Shown piece after piece: positions 1-10,680 of a DNA stretch of 64,000 nt (positions are counted from its first letter, which is position 1; each line of letters opens with the position of its first letter). The notes under the pieces are model-generated. The model searched no databases. It was not told the origin of the DNA and saw nothing but the letters and a program-made list of their open reading frames with translations. Origin of the DNA: an uncultured Pseudomonadales bacterium (GTDB taxonomy: Bacteria > Patescibacteriota > Microgenomatia > UBA1400 > RBG-16-45-19); NCBI GenBank assembly GCA_964441155.1, contig CAYYKL010000004.1, positions 5,103 through 69,102 on the forward strand, in the 5' to 3' direction. Position numbers and translations under genes: made by a program.

Positions 1-270
1 ATCGACCGTCGACCGTCGGACGAGTTGCTAACTTCCGAGCGCCATCGCCATCGTTATGAATTCAATGATGCTTTTGCTAAAGAGTTGGAGTCAGCCGGTT
101 TAGTCATCTCAGCCCGATCAGTCAAGGAAAACTTGGTTGAACTCATCGAGCTGCCAAAAGACGTGCATCCATTTTTTGTGGGCACCCAAGGACATCCCGA
201 ATATAAATCTAGACCCCTTAAACCCCACGCGTTGTTTGTAGAATTTCTCCACGCTTCATTAATAAAGTAA
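1..270 (+). CDS. pyrG: CTP synthase, C-terminal glutaminase part (5' truncated by window edge)
   Basis: [10 protein letters not shown] and [15 protein letters not shown] motifs; frame is open from base 1. Confidence 0.95.
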   Translation: MDRRPSDELLTSERHRHRYEFNDAFAKELESAGLVISARSVKENLVELIELPKDVHPFFVGTQGHPEYKSRPLKPHALFVEFLHASLIK

Positions 271-362
271 GCTTCTCTTCTTTCACTCTTGTTTTTCAAT
301 GACTTGATAAGTCCTATAGTATATATTACAATTCGCTGCTGTGAATTTTCCAGTCTTAAAAT

Positions 363-1763
363 ATGAAAAATGAATTAAATCAAGAACAATCGATTATAGC
401 TCATATCAATGCCCTAAGGCGGAGAACGCTTAGAACATTTTCAAGCTATGGCCTGCTGAGTCTTGTGCTGCTATCTTTTTTGGGTACCCCTGATAATGCA
501 CAAGGCGGCATGACTCCAATTAATCATGATTTGCATTCAGTTATCTATGATCCAGAGGCAATTCATACAGACCAAAAAGAAAATTTTTCTGCTTCAGGAA
601 ACGTGCATGCTTTTGCATCGAAAGAAGCAGATTCTCTCTTCCAAGTACGGGGAAATACTGGAATTGAAATTACAGAGGAAGACTATAAAGACAATAAACC
701 TCCTCAAGTAGCTAGAGAATCCCTATCTCGAGCACAAGAACAATATTCTAGAATTGCCTCAATATACGCTAGTGAAGTAAGAGTGCTATATCCAACTTCA
801 TTCCAAGAACTGATGGACCGCAGCGGCCAAACCAAAAGTCCTATTAATCCATTTATTAATGTCAGACTTAGGAATGAACGTTCCGAAGATGATGCGAGAA
901 TTTTTACGAAAACTGCAACTCTTCTTCTTGGATCAAATACAACGAGAGTTGTTAGATCGGTTTCAGAAACAGGAACAGCGAGTCATGTTTTTGCATATGT
1001 AGACCCATCAAAAGAAGTGATAGGCTTTGGATTAAATTTCACAAGTTTTAGAGGCGATCTCGGAGCAAAACGGAAAACTGCCATACATGAAGTAATTCAT
1101 TTAATTGATTTATCTGCAGGGAATTACGATTTAGAAACCAGAATTCGCATGGAAACACTCAAAGCGGAGGCGTTTGCACTCTATGATCCATTTTACATAT
1201 TTGACACTAAGTATTGGGGAGACATCGATAGCTACTACGCACAGGATGGCGATGGAAATTTTGTCAATCCATTATATAAATTTGGTTTTGCAGTTATTAA
1301 TTCTTTTGAGCGAAATCCTGATTTAACATTCTTTGATAATTCGGAAATTCAGACAGAATTTATTAATAAAATGCTTGAATGGCAATCGAATGGTTGGAGT
1401 CACCAAGATATATTGCGTATTGGTCGGCTGACAGTTGAGAATCGAATGCTAAATCCAAGATTTCTTTTTCCTGATAGCAACTTGGAAAGTTGGTATACCT
1501 TTTTCTCTTCCTGGATGTTGATGGAGTCTTGGCCAGCATTAGTTGACGAATGCTTATCAGGAAATGGCTCTGCCATCAATCAAGATAAAGAGCTTAAGGA
1601 GTTAATGCGTCAGTATCTAGAGCTTGCTTCAGGGAGAAATATTGATAATATTGACGAATTAATTTACAGCTTGAGATGGGAAGGCGGTTTGTGGGAAACG
1701 GATGATCCGATAAATATTAGGTATCCTGCTCCTCCTTTAAATTTTGAGGCTATGTATCAATAA
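363..1763 (+). CDS. Hypothetical exported protein, possible zinc metallopeptidase (HExxH)
   Basis: 466 aa ORF; basic plus hydrophobic N-terminus; AIHEVIHLID motif. Confidence 0.55.
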   Translation: MKNELNQEQSIIAHINALRRRTLRTFSSYGLLSLVLLSFLGTPDNAQGGMTPINHDLHSVIYDPEAIHTDQKENFSASGNVHAFASKEADSLFQVRGNTGIEITEEDYKDNKPPQVARESLSRAQEQYSRIASIYASEVRVLYPTSFQELMDRSGQTKSPINPFINVRLRNERSEDDARIFTKTATLLLGSNTTRVVRSVSETGTASHVFAYVDPSKEVIGFGLNFTSFRGDLGAKRKTAIHEVIHLIDLSAGNYDLETRIRMETLKAEAFALYDPFYIFDTKYWGDIDSYYAQDGDGNFVNPLYKFGFAVINSFERNPDLTFFDNSEIQTEFINKMLEWQSNGWSHQDILRIGRLTVENRMLNPRFLFPDSNLESWYTFFSSWMLMESWPALVDECLSGNGSAINQDKELKELMRQYLELASGRNIDNIDELIYSLRWEGGLWETDDPINIRYPAPPLNFEAMYQ

Positions 1764-1809
1764 ATGCTGAATTAAGAAATAAATCTATCTCCCACTTCAT
1801 CCCGGCTGC

Positions 1810-1838
1810 TTGCGCTTGGGGGCGAGTCTTGTTAGAAT
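1810..1838 (+). promoter_or_regulatory. Sigma70-like promoter of rplS
   Basis: TTGCGC-N17-TAGAAT with extended TG, about 50 nt before the start codon. Confidence 0.55.
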
Positions 1839-1887
1839 ACGTCTTTGCGTGAAAATAAGCGAACAATAATTTAATACAAAAAAAGCT

Positions 1888-2262
1888 ATGTCCCTACAAT
1901 TCACACACAACGATAAAAAATTCCATATTGGCGATATGCTTAAAGTGCACCAGACCATCGTGGAAGACAAAAAAACCAGAACCCAGATTTTCGAAGGCTT
2001 ACTTATTGCCATTAGCGGACGTCAAGAAAACCAATCGTTCACCGTGAGAAAAATCGCAACCGGCAGCATTGGTGTCGAGCGTATTTTCCCCGTCAACTCA
2101 CCCTTTATTGAAAAAGTCGAAGTCAAGTCGCAAGGAAAAGTCCATCGCTCCAAGCTTTACTACTTACGTGATCGAATTGGGCGCAAAGCTCTTCGTGTTG
2201 GTGTCTACAAATCGGCTAAAAGCCTGGCTAAACACAATGCTGCCAAAACCACTGCAGCCTAA
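1888..2262 (+). CDS. rplS: 50S ribosomal protein L19
   Basis: RTQIFEG, FTVRKIA..IGVERIFP and KLYYLRDRIG motifs. Confidence 0.97.
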   Translation: MSLQFTHNDKKFHIGDMLKVHQTIVEDKKTRTQIFEGLLIAISGRQENQSFTVRKIATGSIGVERIFPVNSPFIEKVEVKSQGKVHRSKLYYLRDRIGRKALRVGVYKSAKSLAKHNAAKTTAA

Positions 2263-2334
2263 ACAAGACAGTGCTTTCACCTCATGTTTTATATTTCGCA
2301 ATTTTTTATACGAATTCCATTCTCTGTAATACTC

Positions 2335-2410
2335 TTCGAATGAAACGACCTGCCGGCAGGCAGGCAGGGACGTACCTTAGCTGTTAGTTCTCGCTTAGCT
2401 CGAACAATAT
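2335..2410. repeat. REP-like palindromic element between convergent genes
   Basis: Perfect palindrome CCTGCCGGCAGG (2349-2360) followed by CAGG repeats and a GTTC-TCGCTTAGCTC-GAAC hairpin. Confidence 0.5.
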
Positions 2411-2485
2411 TTCTACCCACCAAATGATGTGTGCATGAACAGGTGCGAAACTCGCGGGGGGTTTATAGAAAATTTTTGCGCGCGC

Positions 2486-3289
2486 TTAAAGACTGCTCTG
2501 GCGTGCATCAATTGAAAGTGTAACTCGATTTGTTTCGTTGTAACCACCACTCATGTGTGTCCAGCGAATTTTAATGAGTTCCACAAACATGCGCCAAGAA
2601 TCCCGTAGGGGGTTGACCCGATTTGAGTACACATGTTGCCAAAACACGGGCACTTCTTTAACTCGATAATTTTCTTTTGCTGCTAGAAACAATAGCTCGA
2701 CATCGATGGCTCCTGTATACGCTTTCGTTTCTTTTTTCGACTGACCACAGACAACCAAGTTTGAAAATAATTGCACTGCGACTTTGTCTCTAAAAAGCTT
2801 AAAGCCACATTGCGTGTCGCTTATGCCATTGTAAATCAAGTGATGCACCAACATCCGAAAACCCCAACCCATAAACCGTCTATAGATTGGGTCATTATGG
2901 CGCTTTGCCTTGCCAAGTGTTCTTGAACCAATCACAATATCGTAGCCTTTTTGGGTATAACCCATAAGCTTATTAAGCTCGGTTATCGGAGTCGCCTGAT
3001 CAAAATCGGTAAACAATCGCCACGTTCCTTTTGCACTGAGCATGCCAGCAATTAATGCTTGGCCTTTGCCCGCATGGGGAATGGTTTTGACACGCACCTC
3101 TTTCTTGTCTCGAGCAAAGGCAGTTAGCAATCGCTTGGTTTTATCCGTAGAGCCGTCATTTACCAAAAGCATTTCAAACGATTTTCTTTCACCTTTCAAA
3201 AAGGTGTATACCAATTCCAATGATCCAGTGTGGAAATTTTCCTCTTCGTTGTAGGCGGGGATGATGACACTTAAATGAATTTTAGACAT
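2486..3289 (-). CDS. GT2 glycosyltransferase, polyprenol/dolichyl-phosphate sugar synthase type
   Basis: IIPAYNEE, VNDGSTD, FTDFD, DTQCGFKLF and DVELL motifs. Confidence 0.9.
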   Translation of the reverse strand: MSKIHLSVIIPAYNEEENFHTGSLELVYTFLKGERKSFEMLLVNDGSTDKTKRLLTAFARDKKEVRVKTIPHAGKGQALIAGMLSAKGTWRLFTDFDQATPITELNKLMGYTQKGYDIVIGSRTLGKAKRHNDPIYRRFMGWGFRMLVHHLIYNGISDTQCGFKLFRDKVAVQLFSNLVVCGQSKKETKAYTGAIDVELLFLAAKENYRVKEVPVFWQHVYSNRVNPLRDSWRMFVELIKIRWTHMSGGYNETNRVTLSIDARQSSL

Positions 3290-3455
3290 GATGCAGTGAT
3301 GGTTATATTTATTGCTATAACTATATTTAATGGGGTGATTATAACACGCATGTATTTAAGGGTTTGTATCTTCTGAATATAGTTATTTACGGTTTTATTA
3401 TAAGATTAGTATGTGATAGAATACAGCCTCTTATATATATCTCTAGGCTTATACC

Positions 3456-5642
3456 ATGCCCTCTTCAACCCTGCTAACCGTTGTCGTTCCAGTGCGCAAC
3501 GAACGCTACACACTCGAAGCCTTCTTTTTGCGCTTACACAAAGCGCTCTCTTACGCCAAGATACCCTATCAAGTTGTTGCGGTTGATGACTCTTCTGAAG
3601 ATGGCTCGAGCCAAAAACTCTCCAGCCTGGCTAAAGATTATCCCATCACAATCTTGCCAAAAAGCGGTCCCTTAGGAAAAGGCTACTCGTTGCATGAAGG
3701 TTTAAAAACGGTCACTACACCGTTTGCTTGCTATATCGATGCAGACAACGCCTACCCGCCAGAAATGATTCCGGAAATGCTGGTCAAGCTGAATACTGCT
3801 GATATTGTGGTCGCCCAGCGCAATTATTCCAAAAAGGGTAGATGGTTAAAAAAATCTTTAGCCAAATTTTTCAGACGAGTATTTGGACAAGCATTGTTTG
3901 GACTCGACTTCGATGTGCAAGCAGGATTGAAAGTATTTCGCACCGATGCCTTCGCGTCACTTGATCTACACCCCTCAACCTGGAGTTTCGATATAGAATT
4001 TCTCTACAAGGCCGTTCATGCCGGATTTGTCGTTGTTGCACACGACATCAACTATGCTCAGCGCTCAAATGGCAAAGGAAAACATAATCTCTTTACTGCT
4101 GGCATTGAATTGGTTTTATTGTCACTTAAACATCGTTTGTCGCCGCTTAAACCAGTGCACGTGCAAACAAGAGGTTTGACGCGTCAAGTGGGGTGGAAAA
4201 AAATGCGCTTCGATACCCACACTGATTTGCATTATTCTCAAGCAGCCATTCAAACGTTGACTATTAAACAAATTGCGCTCTTTGTGATGGCAATTGCGAT
4301 TGTGGCACTTTTATTTGTATTTGATTGGCAAAAATCCTTGGCCGTCACGGTCTCACTAATTACCGCCTTTTACTTTCTTGATTTGCTATTCAATTTATAT
4401 CTAATCCGGGCAGCATTCAAAAAAAATCCGGCGATACAGATTACCCCCAAGCAAATTGAAGCCTATGACAAACCATGGCCTATGTATTCAATCATGTGTC
4501 CACTCTATAAAGAGTGGCAGGTAATCCCACAATTTACTCAAGCAATTCAGGCAATTGATTATCCCAAAGACAAACTCGACGTGATGCTTATTCTTGAAGA
4601 AGACGATACAGAAACTATTGCAAAAGTGAAAAGCATGAGCCTGCCTGCCTATTTTCGAACGATTATCGTGCCCGATGCACAACCAAAGACAAAACCCAAA
4701 GCGTGCAATTACGCACTCAAAAAAGCCAAGGGTGAATATGCGGTTATCTATGACGCCGAAGACGTGCCAGATCCATTGCAACTCAAAAAAAGCATCGTTG
4801 CCTTCAATCAATTACGCAAGCAAAATATTGTGTGTTTACAGGCAAAACTGAATTACTACAATCCAGAACAAAATCTTTTAACTCGTTTTTTTACGGCTGA
4901 ATACAGCTTATGGTTCGATGTCATTTTGCCGGGGATGCATAGCGTCAATGCGCCTATTCCCCTGGGAGGCACTTCAAACCACTTCAAAGTTTCGGATCTA
5001 AAACTTCTTTCTGGCTGGGATCCGTTTAATGTCACTGAAGACTGTGACTTGGGCATGCGCCTCGTTAAATATGGCTATCGCACCATGATCTTAGATAGCA
5101 CCACCTATGAAGAGGCTAATTCGGACGTAGCTAATTGGTTCCGGCAACGTTCACGCTGGATCAAAGGTTATATCCAAACGTATCTCGTGCACATGCGATC
5201 ACCTCAGGAATTTTTAAGTGACTGGCATAATCCTAACTTACTCTTTTTTCAATTAATTGTCGGTGGCAAAGTGTTGTCACTCATAATCAATCCGATCATG
5301 TGGATAACCACGATTGTGTATTTCACTCTAAGATCAACTGCTGGAGCTTTTATAGAATCTCTCTTTATTGGACCAGTTTTCTATCTAGGTTTCACCGCAC
5401 TAGTATTAGGAAACTTCATGTATCTCTACTACTACATGATTGGAAATGCCAAGCGGGAGCAATGGTCACTCATTAAATACTGCTATCTCATCCCGATTTA
5501 TTGGCTGATGATGAGCATTGCAGCCTGGAAGGCATTCTATCAAATCATGGTTAAACCTCACTATTGGGAAAAAACTACTCATGGACTCCATCTAGGATCA
5601 GGGGAGTCGATTACGTTTTCATTATCTAAAAATGCACTATGA
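3456..5642 (+). CDS. Double GT2 fusion: DPM-synthase-like domain plus membrane-bound processive (cellulose-synthase-like) GT2
   Basis: N-terminal VPVRNE/VDDSS/YIDAD; C-terminal TKPKACN, YDAED, TEDCD and QRSRW motifs; TM helices. Confidence 0.88.
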   Translation: MPSSTLLTVVVPVRNERYTLEAFFLRLHKALSYAKIPYQVVAVDDSSEDGSSQKLSSLAKDYPITILPKSGPLGKGYSLHEGLKTVTTPFACYIDADNAYPPEMIPEMLVKLNTADIVVAQRNYSKKGRWLKKSLAKFFRRVFGQALFGLDFDVQAGLKVFRTDAFASLDLHPSTWSFDIEFLYKAVHAGFVVVAHDINYAQRSNGKGKHNLFTAGIELVLLSLKHRLSPLKPVHVQTRGLTRQVGWKKMRFDTHTDLHYSQAAIQTLTIKQIALFVMAIAIVALLFVFDWQKSLAVTVSLITAFYFLDLLFNLYLIRAAFKKNPAIQITPKQIEAYDKPWPMYSIMCPLYKEWQVIPQFTQAIQAIDYPKDKLDVMLILEEDDTETIAKVKSMSLPAYFRTIIVPDAQPKTKPKACNYALKKAKGEYAVIYDAEDVPDPLQLKKSIVAFNQLRKQNIVCLQAKLNYYNPEQNLLTRFFTAEYSLWFDVILPGMHSVNAPIPLGGTSNHFKVSDLKLLSGWDPFNVTEDCDLGMRLVKYGYRTMILDSTTYEEANSDVANWFRQRSRWIKGYIQTYLVHMRSPQEFLSDWHNPNLLFFQLIVGGKVLSLIINPIMWITTIVYFTLRSTAGAFIESLFIGPVFYLGFTALVLGNFMYLYYYMIGNAKREQWSLIKYCYLIPIYWLMMSIAAWKAFYQIMVKPHYWEKTTHGLHLGSGESITFSLSKNAL

Positions 5643-8116
5643 AACACAACGAAACACTGTATAGTGCAAAACAAAACGGTTTGACTACTGTAAAAACAGT
5701 CAAGTATTTTATTGGACAAGCCATATTCTACGCGGCCAACTACGGGTATGTCGTGTTATTGAGCAACCAATTGGCAGCAACTGATTTTGGCAGACTTAGT
5801 TTGTTCACTGCGTTTTTCATGTTATTGTCGGTGCCCACGAATGCAATTCAATTATTATTAATCACCTATTTAGCCAAGTTTTCTCAAGTAAAATCCCAGT
5901 CGCGCATCGAATCTGTCTTAAGGCTTGCTCGTAAATACAGCGTTGCGATCGGGAGTCTTATTTTGGGTGCCTACCTCATTACCATTCCGGTGATGCAACA
6001 ATATTTTCACATCAACGCCTTTACACCATTCATATTGCTCGTGCCCACCATAATACTGCTATTCACCTCATCGTATTACAAAGGAATTCTTCAGGGTCAG
6101 TTCCGTTTTGATGCCATGGGTGTAGTTATGGCAACGGAGGGTATCGCCAAAATCTTGTTTGCCTTACTAGCTGCTTGGTTTACCCATTCCTATATTGTCT
6201 CTCTCGCCAGCTTAACCTTTTCAATCTTCATTTCTACAATCGTTGCATTTATATTCACCTATTCCAAGAAAAAAGTGGCGACGCCTTCTTTATTGTTAGA
6301 GAAATCACTCAAAACAGAAATGCGCCTGTTTTTGGCCCAAGCAGGATTAGTTTCAGCCGCGTTATTGGTTATGACACAAATCGATGTGATTATGGCGAAT
6401 CATATTTTGGATAGTGCCGGCATTGGAACTTGGGGGCTTTTGTCTGTGGCAGGCAAAAGCATGATTATGGGCGGTGGGATTTTATCGAGCATTTTCTTAC
6501 CCGCACTTGCTGCAAAGGCGGGCACTCGCAAAGTGAGTCCCATCTTCCGCAAAGGTTTTGCGGCAGTAAGCGCGTTTGTGCTGGGTTGCATCGGAGTTAC
6601 TTTTTTGTTTGCCACGCCTTTATCCCAAATCATTTCTGGCGGCAATCAAAGTGTGGCTCAATGGTTATTTTTCTACACCTTGGCCGCTGGCATGATTACG
6701 CTGACCGCGTATATTATTAACAGCCAAATTGTTTTAAAAGAATATTTATTTGCGCTGCCTCCGCTTGTCCTCACCTTGTTGTATGTTTATGTGCTTTCGA
6801 TATTCTCGTGGGATTTAGAGTCTAGTTTATACGCATACTTCAGCTATGCCACAGCACTTCTTACTTCAAGCTTGGTCTTTTTTATGTTGCGCTATGCAAA
6901 ACCACATCTCCTTGATGTTGCTGGCCTGTTTAAACCCTCGTATGCAATTCATGAAGTAAAAGATAATCGGCTGAAAATTCTCGTGCTCAATTGGCGCGAC
7001 ACCAAACACGTTTGGGGTGGGGGAGCCGAAGTCTATGCGCAAGAACTGGGCAAACGCTTGGTGGAAAACGGCGCTCATGTAACCCTTTTTTGTGGGAACG
7101 ATCTTCATAATTTGCGCGAAGAGACCATTGATGGCGTTAATATTATTAGGCGAGGCGGCTTCGTGACCGTTTATTTCTGGGCCATGATCTACTATGTTTT
7201 CCGCTTTAGAGGCAAATTCGATTGCATTCTCGATTGTGAAAATGGAATACCATTCTTCAGCGCACTCTATACCAATACGCCTGTAATCTTATTGATTCAT
7301 CATGTCCACCAAGAAATTTTTAGAGAACATTTATTCCCGCCATTTTCTTGGTTGGCTCAATTTTTAGAAGCCCACCTTATGCCCTACGTATATCGCAACT
7401 CAAAAATTGTGACGATTTCAGACTCAACTAAAAAAGATATTCGCCGACTTGGTTTGAAAGTTCACGACGTGCCTATCGTGCACAATGGCATTTCCCTCGA
7501 TGAATTCGTGCCTGGTGAAAAATCGCCAGAACCCTTGGTTGTGTATGTTGGCAGATTGAAAGCCTACAAGCGCCTTCCCGATCTAATTGCCTGTGCTCGA
7601 TCTCTCCAGCAACGCCTGCCCAAAGTTACGTTTGTGATTGCGGGTGACGGCGAAGAATCAAATCGACTAAAAAAGCTGGTTCGCCTCTATAATCTCGAGT
7701 CGGTGATTTCGTTTACCGGCTACATTACGCCACAAGAAAAAATTGCGTTGTATCAAAAGGCTTGGGCCGTCATGAACCCTTCGTCCATGGAAGGCTGGAG
7801 CATAACCACCATTGAAGCCAATGCCTGCGGTACACCAGTAGTGGCTGCCAATGTCCCCGGTTTGCGCGATTCGGTGAAGCACAGACAAACTGGCTTACTT
7901 ATTACCATGGGTGATATCGAAGGCTATTCTCAAGCTTTATTCTCGCTATTAACTAACTCAAGCTTACGGTCAACGATGTCTGCAAACGCAAGGGAATGGT
8001 CAGAAGAATTCACCTGGGAAAAGAGTGCGCATCAATTTTTGGAAATAATCTCGGACAACAGTCACAAACTTCACCGCGCAATTGATTCGCTCACCTTAAG
8101 CAAGTTCTCTCGCTAA
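5639..8116 (+). CDS. Wzx-like flippase fused to GT4 glycosyltransferase
   Basis: About 420 aa multi-TM N-terminal half; C-terminal GGGAE, VGRL and EGWSITTIEANACG motifs. Confidence 0.85.
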   Translation: MKHNETLYSAKQNGLTTVKTVKYFIGQAIFYAANYGYVVLLSNQLAATDFGRLSLFTAFFMLLSVPTNAIQLLLITYLAKFSQVKSQSRIESVLRLARKYSVAIGSLILGAYLITIPVMQQYFHINAFTPFILLVPTIILLFTSSYYKGILQGQFRFDAMGVVMATEGIAKILFALLAAWFTHSYIVSLASLTFSIFISTIVAFIFTYSKKKVATPSLLLEKSLKTEMRLFLAQAGLVSAALLVMTQIDVIMANHILDSAGIGTWGLLSVAGKSMIMGGGILSSIFLPALAAKAGTRKVSPIFRKGFAAVSAFVLGCIGVTFLFATPLSQIISGGNQSVAQWLFFYTLAAGMITLTAYIINSQIVLKEYLFALPPLVLTLLYVYVLSIFSWDLESSLYAYFSYATALLTSSLVFFMLRYAKPHLLDVAGLFKPSYAIHEVKDNRLKILVLNWRDTKHVWGGGAEVYAQELGKRLVENGAHVTLFCGNDLHNLREETIDGVNIIRRGGFVTVYFWAMIYYVFRFRGKFDCILDCENGIPFFSALYTNTPVILLIHHVHQEIFREHLFPPFSWLAQFLEAHLMPYVYRNSKIVTISDSTKKDIRRLGLKVHDVPIVHNGISLDEFVPGEKSPEPLVVYVGRLKAYKRLPDLIACARSLQQRLPKVTFVIAGDGEESNRLKKLVRLYNLESVISFTGYITPQEKIALYQKAWAVMNPSSMEGWSITTIEANACGTPVVAANVPGLRDSVKHRQTGLLITMGDIEGYSQALFSLLTNSSLRSTMSANAREWSEEFTWEKSAHQFLEIISDNSHKLHRAIDSLTLSKFSR

Positions 8117-8132
8117 AAAAACTGGCTCGATT

Positions 8133-9077
8133 TTAGAGGTTGTCGTACGAAAAGTTTTTGGTGGTTGGCGACATTTGCCAAAGATGCAATTTCTTGTTGT
8201 TTGGGACCATCATGCATTTTGTTAGTGTTACACTCAATAGGAGCGCATAGATGAGTGCATAAGCGGGATGAGAAACCACTGCTTTAATTGCTGAAAGTAC
8301 CAAGAGAATCTTGGGAATGTGATACCAATTCACCTGATTTTTAGCTGGGGACAATTTCTTTTTTGATTTTTTGGCGAGGAAAAATCTAGAGCTTTGACGC
8401 ATATGGTCTTCTAATGTTTGTGGAGAGGTATACCAAACCCTAGCGATTGGCGCGAAAGCAAAATCAAAGCCAAAATGCTTGGCTTTCATATACGAATAGG
8501 CGTCTTCACCGGCAATTCCCGGCCAACGAAGTTTACGATACAATTTTCTTGAAAAAGCTCGGGCTCTACCGTGACACATGTACACAGTGTCTCCGTGGTT
8601 TATTTTTTGAAACAATTCGTTTTTCCATTCATGATGCCAGTCGAGTACTTTACCAACTAATGAACTATTTTGTGACAAGGGGATTATTTTGGCACCAACC
8701 AATCCAATGTTTTCTTTCGAAATAAGTGGCAAGCAAAGTCCTTGCAAAAATGTTTTGTTCACGGGCAAAATATCTGCGTTAAGCAAAACTACAATATCAG
8801 TTCTTGCAAGAGAAAAGACTTGATTTTGCCGTTGAGAAGCCCCGATTCTCCTTCTGCCCACAATTACCTTGATGCGCGAATCATCCACGCTTTTTGCTGC
8901 GCGCACTGTCTCGTCATCACTTGCATCAGAAATGACAATGATTTTTTCAAGCGCAAAGTCTTTTAATTGCTGCTTCAGGATACATTCGAGCAAAACAGCA
9001 ATATGAGCAGATTCATTGTACGCGGGAATTCCCACCGTGATTGAAAGCTTCTTCTGAAGGGATGTTGTTTTTTTCAT
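8133..9077 (-). CDS. GT2 glycosyltransferase
   Basis: GIPAYNE, SDASDD, LNAD and GED motifs; ATG start chosen at 9077. Confidence 0.88.
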   Translation of the reverse strand: MKKTTSLQKKLSITVGIPAYNESAHIAVLLECILKQQLKDFALEKIIVISDASDDETVRAAKSVDDSRIKVIVGRRRIGASQRQNQVFSLARTDIVVLLNADILPVNKTFLQGLCLPLISKENIGLVGAKIIPLSQNSSLVGKVLDWHHEWKNELFQKINHGDTVYMCHGRARAFSRKLYRKLRWPGIAGEDAYSYMKAKHFGFDFAFAPIARVWYTSPQTLEDHMRQSSRFFLAKKSKKKLSPAKNQVNWYHIPKILLVLSAIKAVVSHPAYALIYALLLSVTLTKCMMVPNNKKLHLWQMSPTTKNFSYDNL

Positions 9078-9372
9078 GCGCAGTGAATAGGTGGCTAAGA
9101 ATAGCAAATGTTTGCTTATAAGTGTTATATATATATTGTTATAAGCTTATATGTCAAGGAGCGCACTCCACAAATCAAGGTTTGTTCAGCTCTGTTTCAC
9201 CTATATATAAGACTTATTTTGAGCAAAATCGTTTCTAATTTCAAAGCGTATAGTAAATAATACTATTATGAATAATAGCATAACCTCTATATATATTTCT
9301 AAAGTATTTATAGCCTTGTGTATACCTATATAATGACTTATAATACGCTTTAATAACTATATATACAGGCCT

Positions 9373-10680
9373 ATGCAAGCATCAAGAAATTATCGTATTG
9401 GAGTGGTGGGAACTGGCTTTATTGCCAAGGGGTTAATCCACGCGCTCAACGACCATCCACAGCTTCAGGTAAGCAGCGTGTTAACGCGCCGGCCTATTCA
9501 AGGGGTCAATAACGTTCCCGTACCTCACTCAATCATAACCCAAGACATTGACAAGGTAATTAAGTCATCTGATTTAGTCGTGGAATGCACCGGCGATACG
9601 ATTCATGGCACCGATGTCATCGAAGCGGTTATCCGCGAAGGTTTGCCTGTAGTTACCATGAATCCTGAACTACACATTGTCTCGGGTACCAAGCTCTCTC
9701 AAAAGGGAACCGTTATTGAAGCCGAGGGTGATCAGCCCGGCACACTAGCAGCACTCGATATTGAACTTAAAGATATGGGTTTTGAACCCATTGTCTATGG
9801 CAACATCAAACGATTTTTAAATCTCAATCCAACTCGTGAAGACATGGAATATTGGTCGAAACGGCAAGGGATAAGCCTCAACATGGTGACTTCATTTACG
9901 GACGGTACAAAAGTGCAAGTTGAACAAGTTTTAGTGGCTAATAATTTAGGTGCGACCATCGCGTGCCGTGGCTTATCCGCCATTAATTGCATCAATCATG
10001 AAGACGGTGCGCTGCGCCTGGCTGAAATTGCTGAGAGCTACCATCAACCCATTAGTGATTATGTGGTTAGTCCCACGGCGCCTGCTGGAGTATTTATCGT
10101 TGCCAGGCATTCAGGCAAACAACAACCCTACCTGCAATACTTAAAGCTCGGAGATGGTCCTCATTACGTTATTATTCGCCCGTATCACCTGTGTCACTTG
10201 GAAATCCCCAAAACAATCATGAAAGTGTTAACGGGAAGTCAACGTTACACTTTTAATAATGGTGGTAAGCCAGTGGCGCAAGTGGTGGCAGTTGCTAAAA
10301 AACCCTTGGCTGCAGGCGATAAATTTGCTAAAGCTGTTGGTAGTTTTGAATTGCGCGGAGAAGCAGTGCTTATTGACGCTCATTCTCAGGCTGTTCCGAT
10401 AAGCCTTATGGATAACGCTGTGCTTAAAAAAGCCATAGAGCCCGGAGAAATCATAACCTTCGCTGATGTGGAATTGCCCCCATCACGAGCATTAACTCTC
10501 TGGCACGAAACGCTCGCAGATTTGGGCCATAAGCAAATCTACAAAAAACCAGTTGAGCGTAAACGCCCGCCAAAACCGAAAAGAACCACTATTATCCCTG
10601 AACCATATTTTAAGCCATCGTTGATGTATCGCGTCAGTCAATGGTTTTTTAAAGTACCTTCCGGAAGAATTGCCTCATGA
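9373..10680 (+). CDS. NAD(P)-dependent oxidoreductase, homoserine-dehydrogenase-like with C-terminal SAF domain
   Basis: GVVGTGFIA Rossmann motif, GDQPG, SFTDGTK and RPYHLCHLE motifs; SAF-like VAKKPL..G tail. Confidence 0.85.
   Translation: MQASRNYRIGVVGTGFIAKGLIHALNDHPQLQVSSVLTRRPIQGVNNVPVPHSIITQDIDKVIKSSDLVVECTGDTIHGTDVIEAVIREGLPVVTMNPELHIVSGTKLSQKGTVIEAEGDQPGTLAALDIELKDMGFEPIVYGNIKRFLNLNPTREDMEYWSKRQGISLNMVTSFTDGTKVQVEQVLVANNLGATIACRGLSAINCINHEDGALRLAEIAESYHQPISDYVVSPTAPAGVFIVARHSGKQQPYLQYLKLGDGPHYVIIRPYHLCHLEIPKTIMKVLTGSQRYTFNNGGKPVAQVVAVAKKPLAAGDKFAKAVGSFELRGEAVLIDAHSQAVPISLMDNAVLKKAIEPGEIITFADVELPPSRALTLWHETLADLGHKQIYKKPVERKRPPKPKRTTIIPEPYFKPSLMYRVSQWFFKVPSGRIAS

Noticed and set aside
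3-18. CGACCGT heptamer duplication inside pyrG
   Set aside because: Only two units, at the window edge, with the reading frame open; not enough evidence for an element.
363-480. Tat signal peptide (LRRRTLR)
   Set aside because: Does not fit the S/T-R-R-x-F-L-K consensus well and no tat genes are visible.
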